Origin: Lepidodermella squamata
Taxonomy: Eukaryota; Animalia; Gastrotricha
Direction: 5' to 3'
DNA length: 64,000 bases
Assembly (NCBI GenBank): GCA_047495785.1
Contig: JBLDXI010000011.1
Span: 1,240,001 to 1,304,000 of the forward strand
Part shown: positions 25,581 through 38,634 of the stretch, in pieces
Layout: each line of letters starts with the position of its first letter
Numbering within the stretch: the stretch's first letter is position 1
Notes under the pieces: generated by a model
What the model saw: only the letters and a program-made list of their open reading frames with translations
Told to the model about the DNA's origin: nothing
Databases searched by the model: none
Program-made: the position numbers and the translations under genes

Positions 25581-27249
25581 ATGAAACTAGAACGGAATAT
25601 TGAGAATTGACGTTCTGAACGTCACTGCTGAGTTCATTTTTTGGCGGACCACACTATTTCCCCTCTATCCCCGAGCCAGTGATACCATCGAAGTGTGCCA
25701 CCGTAGTGCCAAGTGTAGCAAGGTGTGGCGCATCTAATGAGATCAATTAAGAAACAAAATTGCATTCCATCTTAATAGGGGGCTGCTTTAAACAGAGCGG
25801 TCTGCTTAACCAGGGTCCGCTGAGTGCCAAAAACCCTGGCTTTGTTGAACTTGGCAGACCCAATTAGCGGACCGAATCCAGTTGTAGTACTTTGATGTTT
25901 GCAACCGCCAGAGTGAGGCTAAATAGCTCAGGTGTGCATAGTAGGTCATAGGATGGCACTTTTCAGGGGGAATCGACTAATCATATGGCGCACCTCCAAC
26001 CTGGTCCGAAACACTGGTCCGCTAAAATTTGGTCTGTTGAACTCGGCGACGTATTTTCTGACACGATATGCATTTTTTCATGAATCTCAATAAAACTCTG
26101 CATTTAAAAAAATTCTACAAGGAGGTGTTTCATAATTTGCCGAAATACTTTATAACTATTCTTGGTACATCCTATACTTATTGCTATGTAGTTAAGAGCT
26201 TTTTCAACTTTTTCAACCTCAAGGCCCAAATAAATGTGATTGCCCTCTATGCTTATGCGCTGCGTTTTGATTCTGATTTGACATTTACACGGCCTCGATG
26301 AATAAGCTTAGCAGTTGCCTATCTAGGGGCTCATTGATAAGCAGATTCAAATTTATTCGTCCAAATTCAACGGAACATCTCATTGATTCCTGGAAAAACG
26401 AGAGAAGCCTAATTGATTCATCTATTCTGTGGAATTGCGGTTTTCAGTCCAGCGGCTGAGTTGCAGGACAATTATCCAGCTACAATAGATCCTAGCTTCT
26501 TTACTACTAATTCTAAATAATGCCGAAATGAGTTCGCCGATTTTGCCAACAATGTCCTTTTCCTCATATGGATTGTTCGGAATCATTCTACTGAAACTAA
26601 TGCGAACGTTTAACAGGATTTGCTACGCATTATGGCTAGGAGAATGCGCCTGAATTCTGACCATGCCGCGAAACAGGGTTCGTCAACGATAGCGTATTTA
26701 AGTTCATTCCTGTTGTGATTAGTGTGATTACCGACGCGATTGATCGATTGAAGTCCTTGCTACTTCATCAGTAATAATCAGTAATCAGTAATAGAAAGCT
26801 TTCACGTGGAGATGGCTTAAGTACGGTTTTTTGCAAACTTCACCGACATCATCATGATTGGTCTGAAAAAAGTAGAAAGTACGTCATTAGTAATAGAATT
26901 AACGTATTGTTGCTGTCGATTATTCTGTCGATTGTTGCTGTTGAAGTCGTTATTCTTGCATATAGCTGCCGAATGGAGTGCTAACTTTCAATGTGTAACA
27001 TTTTGACAACGGGATTTACACTTCGTCTGAATGAAAATGAATAAAAATGATGTATAAAATAAAAAGGATAAGATCATGCTGGTGGAATATGGAATTTTTT
27101 CAATCGGAAACCGACTATGAACTGAGTAGCTATTACTATTACCCTGACTTCCATGGAATGAGTATGTAATAAAACACAGGCGCAAACTGACAAAAGAGAG
27201 AGGACAATTAGGCATGAATTATCGAATGTCCTTTTATTTGTCTTCATAG

Positions 27250-28711
27250 TTAAACTGAGCAGCCGCGCATGTTCTGGAAAATCATCCACGGCTGCGGGTT
27301 TCTATTGCGATTGCAATCGTTATTTTCCGGAAACAGTTCATTCGCTTCGCCTTGAAACGCGTGATCAATGAATCGCCAACACTCGCTCATCAGTGCGTAC
27401 CTAGCTGGGCCATAGATTCGATGCACATTGTGTATTACATAGTCAACACCAGTTGGCACGCCCATATACAGCAAGCCCCCGGGTTTCACCAGGCAGCTGA
27501 TCCTAGCCATATCCATCAAATCGCCGTCAGGATTCAGAGGATCTCCATAACGGCCCAGTCCACTGTGCTCTAAGCTCGAATAGGAAATCGCGAAATCGAA
27601 CCGGCTGTACAGCTCACCGGAGGCTATTTTCCGCCCAACGTCCCTAGCGTTGACGTAAGCCAAGTGTTTATGGCCTGGCTTGATGAATTCACTCAAATCG
27701 AGGTATTCAATTGTGGTCACGTGATCAACGCCAGCTCTCAGCACCTCTAACTCAGCCCATGGCCAGTATGAACCAATGATTACCCCGCGTTTTCCAGCTA
27801 CTGAGTATTTATCAAGCATCAGTCTAAATGGCGCGACCGATGTGTGGAACGGATAGGAGGTCCCCGTCTTGACCTTTCCTATATCCTTCATCCCATACGC
27901 AGTGTTGTCAGCCAGGGACCGCCAGCTATCTCGCGATTCAGCGACATCAGCCGCATTGTCCGGCGTGTACTGTTGTATAAACGTGCTTTCGATCAGCTGA
28001 TACCAGGGCTGGGTGCGATGTAAAAATCGTTCCCTTTCGCCCTTTTTATGCCAGACCTCGGCTAATTTCCCGAACTTCACCGGAACCTCATGCTTTGGAA
28101 TAACCTCATGAATAGATGTTTTGAGGTCAAGGCGCCAGTAATCGGTCAATTTTGATAGCGGACTGTTTTCCGGATACTGTTTCAAAAAAGTAAATTTGTA
28201 GTAATTTTGATCGGCAGTTGTCTTGGCGTTCAGCTCATCCAAGTTGTTGGCAAACGTTATCTTGCTGTAATCATCTGCATCAACAGCGAAAACTGGATAT
28301 TTAGGATTTTGGTTTTGCCATTGTGGGATTTTAGCGATTGAAATAGAATTTTGCCACTCGGCTGGAATCAGCGGGCAGTTTCTTGCTTGTGCCGCTTCAC
28401 TTTTGAAATTCGTCAAACAGCGGACGCAAAATCCTGGCAGTCTAGAGAGGGCTGATGGTTAATTCGGTTGACTTGAAGTGGAAAATTCAACAAACCGATT
28501 ATTGCCGTGCATTTCAAGGACTGGTGATTCGAACAATCTATGGAATGAGAAAAATTAGGAATTTCTCGATAAGATTTACGGCAACCTGCCTAGTTTCGCT
28601 ATTATCTGTTCCATCTGATGTATCAAAGAATAAAACCGATAAAAACAGTAGGCCGGCTACGGATAAGCTTACTAGCACGGCAAATTTCAAGCTAAGAGAC
28701 AGCTTTCTCAT
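27250..28711 (-). CDS. DUF268-family methyltransferase-like protein 2; exons 28711-28590, 28537-28496, 28441-27250 (451 aa)
   Basis: Paralog of 11000-12449 with the same motifs, TM anchor MRKLSLSLKFAVLVSLSVAGLLFLSVLFF and identical intron positions and phases. Confidence 0.85.
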
Positions 28712-28964
28712 CGCTTCACTTGCTCATGAGCGTTAATCAGTTTATAGATCTTGCTGTATCTTTGAGCTCATCTCTCGTCTTGTAACAATCCTTTTGTATG
28801 ACAATCCCTCCCGAGAAATGCCGACAGATTTCTGTTGTTTTCAAGGCAAGAGGCAAGTTCAATAACTTTAACGTTGAGCAATAACTTTAACGGCAAGTGC
28901 ATATATGAGTTACAGCTCAATTCCGGGCCCCCTTAGTTTCGTGCAGGTCCCAACGTTAATTGCG

Positions 28965-29090
28965 CAATCAGATGGTGAAAGTGGACTTGAGGGCAAACGC
29001 AAAACTTGAGGGCGACCCTGAGGCCATGAAATGTACACAAATTTCGGCTTTAATGCGTTCGCGCACAAGTCCACTTTTACCCTCTGATTG
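28965..29090. repeat. Short imperfect palindrome (MITE-like)
   Basis: CAATCAGATGGTGAAAGTGGACTTG ... CAAGTCCACTTTTACCCTCTGATTG. Confidence 0.55.
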
Positions 29091-29335
29091 ACTATAGGTG
29101 AATCATCATTTGTGCATCGTCAGGTTTGATGTGGACCAAATCGAAAAATGACTTCACTTATAGCTGGCAGAATGGAAAGCAGAAGTTCTAGGTCAAATTC
29201 TGTTTGAGTTTTTTTATGAGCATTCGTTTTTTTTGGAATGGCAATGGCCATTTTAATGAAAATGTTGCTACGGCTGCCGATCGGCATTTCGAGACGTTAG
29301 CAAGAAGTTCATGTTTATTTTCGATTACACAGAAG

Positions 29336-31748
29336 TTACACGTTATACCTATAATTTTCGAATCGCGAAAACGTTCCAATTCTATTGAAATGTTGAAATG
29401 TGCATAAGTTATCCAAATCGTGGCTCAAGTTGTGCGCGGGTGTTAGCCAGTGAGCGAATCGCTGCGTTGGTACAAATGAATACATGGACGCCATTTCAGC
29501 GAGCGAACTTCGGCTAATGACTAAATGGTCCATTTTCGCTAAAGCCAGCCAATCGACATAGACTTTAGCCTCCCCGATCCAATCTAAAGCTTCGCGAGCT
29601 TTCCATTGCGTTAAATCCAACTTATCAGAATGCTGGATCTTTAATTCCGGGCAATTTTGCTGACTAGTTACAATAATCGCTTGTTTTTCCTCTTTGAAAA
29701 TCCAACGAAAATAGTCGATCGATTCCTGCAAGTCGGAGGTTAGGAAAATTAAGAATCGATTAAACCTTAATTTTCGATTGTTGGAGGCTGTGGCCATGAT
29801 TTTTCTTACGAGATTAGCGTAACAATCAAGCTGAGCGTATGTCACTCGCTGGAAACCAGGATCTCCTCTTCGAATCTGAACCCCGATTTTGTAGTGATTT
29901 CCCCAACTATCTCGGCCGCCAGCAGGATCAATAACGCATCTATCGAATACTTCTTTCAATTTGTCAGATGGCCTGTCGAATATATTCTGCATAGCCGCCG
30001 AGGCGAGGATAGAGAAATCCAAGTCGGGGTGATCTGATAAGAACCTTTCAAAATTTGCGAGCAAATCTTGATTTTTTGCCACGCCTTCAAGGCCGGCTAA
30101 TGAGTTTGTCCTCAAGACAATGTTTTTCCCATTTTCGCCGTTAATCTTTGCCGTAAAGTTGATCAGCAAAGGTTCTCCGGGGTTGTCGATGAAAACCGCT
30201 TCCTCCGTGCCGAATAAATCAACACTTTTGTTGTACGTAGAATCAAAATTATTTCGGCTAATGCCGTAAAGCTGGCCGTTTATTTGGGGGAAGTAGTCAG
30301 CCAATTGGCCGGATCGAGTCCAGTCGATACGGAAAATGCGATTGAGGCCAATTGCGACGTAGAAAGCGCTAACAACGCCGTAGAGACGATTGCCGTAGCC
30401 GCCGCAAGATATATCACCGGTACAGGCGTAGGTTACGAACTGGAGAAACAAAAGTGTATATGCTGAGCAGTGGATTTCACCCATGGGTCCTCAAATAGAC
30501 ATTTTGAGGTATAAGTCGCAATGTACATCAATCCCGGTATCAGAAATCAGATCAGTCGGAAACTGGTAAGGTATTGCAGACCGATACCGGACCTGATAAC
30601 GGTGGATGTCAAACTGGACCGGGCCGGGCTCTACCTGTTTTAGAACTGCATTTTTCAAATCGCAGGAAAATAGCGAAAACATGATACCAGACTCATAAAA
30701 TTTCTCAATTCACCAAAAAAATCAGATTTATCCATGTTAGGGGCCTTTCGATCGAGGTCAGTATAAAATACTTCGGAAGCCGCGAACCATCCCAACCATC
30801 CAATAAGTTTGCGAAGCTTTGCACTGCCGCACTAATGCTCAAAGTCAGAATAATAAGCAAAACAGAAAAATCTAGTTTTTCTGTGGATTTTTTTCATTTT
30901 TCCCACGCCTGGCTTGCTAATTTGAAAATTCAACTTTTCCCGGCCTCCCGGTGGCGTTTTTTGAGACCCATACCGGACCTGGAACGGGAACGGACCGGGA
31001 ACGGCGCTGGTCGACCGGACCTGTTTCCAACACCGCCCGGTGTTTTCCTCATAGTGATAGAAATCCCGAATTCCCGAATTCCCGAATTCCCAAGTGATCT
31101 AATATCAGCGATGAATTTTCTTACCGTATATTTTCGAGTTTCAAACAGTCCATTAATCTCCTATCTCTCATTATCAGTCGTATTAACAGTCTACAATCTG
31201 GTATCGATTCCGAGTATCGATTTACTGATTTAATTATAGAGTTATCCGATGCTAGCAGTCTTAGAGCTTAGAACTAAAATAAGAAGATCCAGTGCCCTGA
31301 GAGGCATCAATATTGATAAGTTACCAGGAAGGTGCCATGTTTAACTTGGCTCTGATAGTTATTACAGCTGAAAAGCCGAAACTTCTCTCACCTTATGTGT
31401 ATCGCAAGCCCTTGCTGGTGTAGCAAGTAAGGATTTTCTCATATCAGCAACGTAAATCTTGCGCAATGCAGCCGCTAGCCGTTTTGCCGCGATCAACCGC
31501 TGCGAATTGCCAGTCGTGAATTTACAATTGTCGAAACAACGGCCATCAAACAGTTCATAATTCGGCTCTTCATCAATTCTACCGTTGAAGTGACGCGACA
31601 ACATTGTTTCGCCAGAATTTGATGAATTGCTTATAAACGAGCATCTTAACTTTTCCGTAGTAACAGCAGCAGTATTATTGTTAGCTGAACATTTGTAATA
31701 TATTGCGATTACAATAACCAAAACAAATATTGAGATGAGATATTTCAT
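29336..31748 (-). CDS. Fucosyltransferase-like protein B (GT37-like); exons 31748-31392 and 30439-29336 (486 aa)
   Basis: Signal anchor MKYLISIFVLVIVIAIYY. Motifs GGYGNRL, IGVQIRRGD, IFLTSD and DWLAL..MDHLVISRSS. Phase-0 junction AAG|gtgaga...ctccag|TTC. Confidence 0.8.
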
Positions 31749-32560
31749 TCAGCGGAAAAAGAGAAAAGCGGAACAAAGTAATGCGATTTAAGTGAGGATT
31801 GGCGTTTTTCATCGCGAATTTTAACGATTTTCCAAGGATTGGCGTACAGGTCATTGTTTAGTGTGGCGCAAATAAACTTTGAAATTTTTCAAAGAAATTA
31901 TCCCAGGGAACAACTCAAAATTACGGCACTCGAAAGTTTTATTGATCTTACTCCAGCGATGAATGACATCAAACCAATAATCATTCAATCGATTATTTAT
32001 AACAGAGACTCGTCTCACAATATCGGGTGCTTGAACCCGCGAGAAATTGATGGTTTGAAGCCTCTTTTCAGCCCCGCAAAACTAGCGGATTGATAGAGGA
32101 CAGCCGGGAATATATTGCTGTGAGAGGTACCATCAGCCGTTCGCGTGGAATGAACCCTGGAGATCGTAGCCAGCATCAGCAAACTGATAATAAAAGTCGG
32201 TGTGGTTAAATTCATTGGAGCGCATGAAAAAAGCGAAATTTTAAAGCGAAAAAGCGAAAAAGCTTATGTGATGTCGTGTTGATGTCGTGAAAAACATGGG
32301 AATTTACAGCGCTGAGAGACATTCGCGACTCAATGAACGGAAAACAGCAGCTGATCAAACTTGGCGAAATGCGAGCCGAAGAGCGAGTACAGTCATAATT
32401 TGACGCTAAGAAAGAAACATTGAAGACAAAGTTTTGGATATATCCGATGAGCTACCCTGAATTTGTGCGATTATTTTCTGAAACCAATCCCGTAAGGGCT
32501 ATACTGGCTGTAATGTGTAACAAGTGGTTTACTCAATGTTAGCATAGGCCTGTAGCTAGG

Positions 32561-35500
32561 ATGAATTTGCGTTATCGCATCGGCATTAGGAGGCCATTAT
32601 GGCATGGTGTGATAATCCCAACAATTTACTTTTTCATAACTTTTCACGGCCTTCTCTTGTTCCTTTTCCCGCCTGGAACAAAGCTTGAAGAAATTGCTCT
32701 GCCTCCGATCAAGTTTGAAAATCTAACAGCAGAATGCAGTTCTTTCTCGTCGAAATTCAAGTCTTGCAGCAAAAAGCAACAATGCCACTACGGCCCTGGA
32801 GCGATGAGTCAATTTCCAATGGAAAATATACCGGAATTCGACCCGAAAAAAGCAGCGGAGGCGGATGATCAAGACGCGATAACAGAGCACATTCGATCGA
32901 TATATTTTTCAAGGGTTCGGAAAAAATTGTCATCATTGTCCTGCGGCAACTCGATCTGCAGGCCGAAAATTATGGTTTACTCCTGCGCGGGTGGGTGTTG
33001 CGGATGGGGAGATCGACTGCGGGGGATGACTACGATGTTTTACGCGTCTATCCTAACGGATTCAATTTTCTTCATCGACGCAAGCTATCCGTTACCACTC
33101 GATCAATTTTTTGTTATAAATACCGAACTTTACGGGGTTCATAACGATACTTTGATGGCAAAAAAGGAAGAGAGGTGCTTACTAACTCAACCAAATGCGT
33201 TACATTACAAAGTTAGAATGAACTCTGACGATGCATTTCGCGGGGAAGTTGCCAGATTTTACGAGAAATATCTGCCCGATGATACTAAGATAGGCGTCAA
33301 AGTTCAGACGAATACGATGGTTGGCGTTGGAGAGTTGTTGGAAAGGCGAGATTTGTTCGGAGAGCTCGCGCAGATTTATGGATTGCACGAGTTCACCAAC
33401 TTGCAGCTGGTTTCTGCTGCTGCGAGGATTTTGGTTGGAAAACCGCAGCCACGGCTCGAGGCCTTCGTTCAACAGGCGTGGCAACGCATTTTCAAACAGC
33501 CCTTCGACAAGTCCATTCCAAAGATTGGTAAGGTGAAGCATTTCTGTGGGAAACTGAGTGCAAGCAGGTTCACTTTAGCACAGTAGCAATGATGAGAAAA
33601 GTCGGAAACCTGATCTAATTCAAATCCTAATCTATAGGAATACATTAAGAATGTGTCCTTATGCGAGGCTTAAACTGTCTCCGAAAGAGAATTATATTTG
33701 GATGCGACACGCGACACCCCATTTAGGATCCCTACACAAATAGGAAATCCCTACGCAAATCCCTACAGAGGTCAACAAGACTATGGCGGACACGGTGGTA
33801 TTTTTGTTGGATCAAAAAATGATCAGAAACCTAAGGAATTTCACGTTGAAAAATCGAAATTTCAATTTCAGGTTGACAATTTTCAAATTACTACTATGTC
33901 TTGACCATGCAAGATAAGTGTGTCCTGGTCTCAAAACATTGTAGCCAACATCGAAAAGGGCTAGGTTGCATGCTTGAGCATGACCACGGATGAAATGGGG
34001 AATAAATTGCGGGAATAAATCTTGTTGTTAGTGCGCGCGCGTGTGTGTTTGTGTGGGCTTTTTTGCAGCGCGCGCACAACCTCGCGCATTTAATACACCT
34101 TTCGACTTGCAGCGCGCAGATTTGAGAGCACACGGGCTGTTTTTAGGCGCGCGCACTCACACAGTTAAACTTTTTTTACCGCATTTCTTCTTCATTTTAG
34201 TTTTAGAAGATATACGTGCGCGCGAAAACTGAGTACTAAATTTTGTAGTAATGAATTCCTGATTCATATTAACGCGAGCACACGCAACTTTTAGTAAAAT
34301 ATCGCCAATAGTCTCCTGTAAAATCGCTGAAAAACTAAACACGAATTCAAGCGTCGGGAGAACATTGTATAATTTTCATTTGTTCTTCATCTGAATCATT
34401 CTGAATCAAAATTTTGACGAGAAAATTCAAACTTGAAACTTATTTCCAATTTATACGGTGGATGATGCAGAACATTTTATGAGACTACCTAAAAGCTAAA
34501 ATTGCAACCCAGCCTTCTCGATTTTCCCCTGTCTTGGTACCAGTCTTTCAGATATCTTGAAAGCTAGAAATCGTATACCACGTTACAACCCATGGTTCCA
34601 AAAATTTCAAATAAAGTTTTGCTCAAGATGAAGTCGCAAGGGAAAGGTGAAAAAGGTTTGAAGCGCAATTTTTATTGCATGTTCCAGATAGAAAACAGGT
34701 CCAGGGTTTATGAAATCTCTCCGTTTTAATAATTTGAAAGCGGAAAAACCAAAATAGAGAACTTGTAACCATTTCACATCAGGAGGTACAAACCGCCAGA
34801 AACTAGGAAGATAGCCATCGATCAGATAGCTCGATCATTTTACACCAAGGAAAAAGTACCCCAGTAAATTAAGGTGGATAGATCTATCGATTACTCAACA
34901 AGATTTTTCAGCTGGGTGCCTTCTCTCCCTCTACCAAATCGCCGACCACACGCCTCGACCGGCTGCACGTAATGCTACTGAGTTGAATATGGCCAGCCGG
35001 CCACCAAAAACGCCTCGAAAAACAGAGGAGTTTGCGCATCATTGTGGTAAGCAGTTCAACTTTAAAAAAGCGGTCTCAAGGCTCCCTATTCCAGATTGGC
35101 TGAAAGAGGGCTTCCTACCCTTTAATTACCTCGATAAATGGGCCATATCGCCAGATCGCGTTATGAACAAAACGCAAGCTCGAATTACAAAGCTATACAA
35201 CGAAGTGAATCAAAGACCAGTGCTTTTGATTTGATTCGATTTAGACCCTCTTTTCACTGATTTAGATTTGAAATGATTGATTTAAGAAGCCCAGCTTCTT
35301 GAAAATCTAGATGTTTCGTGATCATCGGGGATCATCCCTGTTTCCCTCGATAATTTCATGGGTCTGGACCCCGACCCCGTGCAGTTACCGAGGGAGCACT
35401 GTAGTATCTCTCATTGTAATTTTCGGTTTTCAGGCTGTATCTCAATCGATTTCTCGAGATTTTATTGAAAGCTTACTACTTTAATTGGCTAGATTGTCAA

Positions 35501-36471
35501 TATCGACGGGTTGTCTACATTAGCCGCTTTTTGCCGTATTTTTCCCCTTTTCTTTAATAGCGGTGATTATGATAACAAAATTAATACTGTAGTTTTAACG
35601 TTTCACTGATTTGACATTTTTTCCACTTGATCCGCTCCAACAAAAAGAAAAAAAAATGGTATTTCATGGTATTTCTGGCAATTAAGCTAATAATAAGCGT
35701 TGCTGTTTGCTGGTTTACGCTATTATTGTTTTATATTACACCGAACGCGCATATTGGGGCATTCGCGCGCATAATAGCATAAATGTTAGCGCGCACAATA
35801 TAATACAATAAAATGTACGGTCAATCAAAAGCAGTTATTATGCCGCAATGCCGAAATTCATCAAATTCGATTTTCTGCGAATTTTCAAAGTCGAAATTCC
35901 GAAATCATCCTTCCCGTATCTCCCGTATTTATGTATCTCTAACTTCTACCAAATATCAATATCCTCTACAAAAATTTTATGAATTTTCTAAGGTATCCAC
36001 CTACGCATCGATACGTCTTACAGAGTGTGGACAACCCAGTTGCATTGCATCATACCCGAACTACGGCGTTTAATTTCGAAATACAAGCTACGGAAGCCAT
36101 TGATCTACATTGCAAATGACAACCCTGAAGCTGTGAGCAAGCTTATTGACACTCTGTGGGCCAGCCATCGCATAAAGGCGTACCAGCCTATCGATGATGT
36201 GCGCCACATCGACTACATTTACACTGATCAGGAGCCATGGAAAAGTTGGAATACTACGAAGCGGTGGGAAATTGTTGCGGCGACTTATCGCGACTGGTTG
36301 TTCCTTTCACGCATGGACTACCTTATCGTGAGTCGGAGCGGGTTCTCAGAATCAGCTGCTTACATTTCTCGAATCCCCACGCGACGCTTTTTGTATAAGC
36401 ACCGTGAAGAATGCTTATTCGATGACTTCAACTCAATTCCTAACTGGGATTTCCCTATCTCGGAAACGTAA
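32561..36471 (+). CDS. Fucosyltransferase-like protein C; exons 32561-33527 and 35993-36471 (481 aa)
   Basis: Paralog of protein A: GWGDRLRG, spliced IG|IHLR, IYIAND and DWLFLSRMDYLIVSRSGFS. Same intron position as A but 2465 bp long. Confidence 0.8.
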
Positions 36472-36849
36472 ACAGTGGGATCTTTGGATTATGCTTTTCC
36501 ACTGTAAAACCATCATAAGCTATACACAAATAAAATCGGATATCGAGTGTGAATGCCAAGTCAGAAAATACACCTAGAATGTTCTAACAAGTAGAAAAAA
36601 TCAATAGGTATTGTGCGCAATGTCTGTTTACAAGAATAGGTTAACCCTAGCCAGTCCCTGACTCGCGAACAAAAATAGCGCCTTCCGTTGCAGGCTCACC
36701 TTCGGCTCAATATGTGCCTGGGTAGCCAGTTCGCCATGCCTGATTGGAAAGAGGCGGTTGTTGTCGCTGTTAGCTAACTTACCATCAGAAGGCAGTAGCG
36801 AGATTGAGCTAATTGAGATTTAATTTGGGGCTAATTCTGAGCTAGAAGC

Positions 36850-38041
36850 CGTATATTCAACTTTCCCCAACGGAAATTACCCGAAGCAACGCACCCAATG
36901 TGATTATCCCCGTGCGCACGGACGTAGGACTTGCCGCCATCACCTTTCTCCAGATGATACAAAAACTTTTCGTTATTGTCATGCGTTAAGATGAAGGCTT
37001 AAATTTTCGCTTGTGTTTCCTCGTCTAGAACTTTGGCGATGGCTGATTGCAGCAGCTCAAACAAATCGTCCAGTGACGTCGGGTTTTTCGGGTACTTCTT
37101 GCCTCGGCGCTTGTACAGCCCAGAGACGATCTCGTCGAGGTCCGGGAACGCCTCGCGTACCTCCAAGTCCGAGATCTCGCTTTTCACTTGACGGTAGTGT
37201 TGACCGGGAACGGCGACCGGCTGGTTGGAGATGAGCCACCGAACTTTAGCCATGTTGATTTCAACATCGACTCCAACTCGGTCTGGTTCGTGGTTGTGCT
37301 CTAACAACAAAATTAAATCAAAATCAAACAATTTTAGTGGAAATATCGAATTACCTCCATGTTTCGGCGCCTCTTCTAGGTTGAACCGGTAACAAGCGCT
37401 GTTATGCCCTTCTGGCAACTCGGGAAGCGGGCTAGTCCACGTACAGTGGCAGTTCAATTCGCCACGATGGTCGTAGCAGCGGACGTAGACGGCGCCGTTT
37501 TTGCGTCGGTCAAACAGGTACCGATGGCCGGCGTGACACAAGACTTTGCCATCCTTGGACGACTTGTGCTTCTCGGGTTGAAAATCCAACATGGCCTGCA
37601 TTTTATCAGGGGTGAGGCTCAAGTTCGTTGCCTGTGGAACTGTTTGCTGCTGAACTGTTTCTTCGAGCTGGCGAACGCGGGCCTTCAGCAGGCGCACGGT
37701 GTTCGGCGAGGCGAAATCGCTTGAGTCCGCTACTTGAGGCGGGTGCTGTTCCGGCACTTCGTCGCTGAATTCGTTTGAAGCCGGGTTGCTCTGATTCTCG
37801 AATTCCGGCATGCTGTCCTCGCTTAGTTGCGGCGAGGCCACGCGCGGCGGTATCGGCGGTTGACGACTGGATTAGCTCTGCTTGCCTTAGCTGTTGAGAA
37901 CGTAATCAGATTAAAGACGGGAGTTTCCTTGCGTGTGTTCGTGCGCGCGTGCGTGTATTGTTATAATCCACTTGGGGAACGCAACAGCGCGTTGGGGATA
38001 TGGTGCTATGGGTATTTTCCGTTGGGGTGAGTTGAATCATT
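36850..38041 (-). mobile_element. Internally deleted Mutator-like (MULE) element carrying a FLYWCH-type zinc-finger ORF (37841-36999)
   Basis: 9-bp TSD GCTAGAAGC (36841-36849 and 38042-38050) and imperfect TIRs ATTCAACT..CCCCAACGGAAA.TACCC. ORF has G..L...GHRY......G..Y.RC......C and EHNH, with a 54-bp in-frame intron at 37354-37301. No DDE domain is visible. Confidence 0.8.
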
Positions 38042-38089
38042 GCTAGAAGCTGCCCAAATTTGTGACAGCTTCATGTCATAGAGAAATTC

Positions 38090-38430
38090 ATTGTAACCAT
38101 GGAGAAATCGAATTTTCCAATGCCAAAATGTTACCATGCGTATGTAGGAATTGTGGTATATACGGCAGCGGATATCGCACCTTCTTATTTCCTCGATTTA
38201 GTCCGCGATAGTCAACAACTGGGCGTAAGATGCCATCTTTTTGCCACGAACATGATCGGCGAAGAAGCCGAAGATCTAGACGGGCCGAACGGGGGAGTTC
38301 TACCAGGTCAACGTCGATACAGCAAAAGCGTAAGAATGACTGCACGGAAGCTTGTCTGCTTCTTTTTCATGGAAACGAAGCTGAAATCGCGGTATTTCTC
38401 GGGAAAATGATGGGCAGGTAGAGCGTTTCT
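38090..38430 (-). mobile_element. Degenerate Ty3/Gypsy reverse-transcriptase relic
   Basis: KDGILRPVVDYRGLN...KVRYPLPYI, plus upstream frameshifted pieces PEKYRDFSFV..KKK and PGRTPPFGP. Confidence 0.8.
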
Positions 38431-38634
38431 AGTGTTCTGTTCCAGTGAGTGTGGGGACAAAGCATCAGACGTCAGAGCGAAGGCTACGGTTTTCACTTGA
38501 CGTAGTTCACATATTTTTTCAAATATTTTATTAAAAAAAGCATCGTTTAGTTCGTAAGGTGACATAATCAGATTCTGAAACATCAAAACAGACTGATTGT
38601 TGCTTAACATAGCCATCGTAGCGTCAGCATTAGC

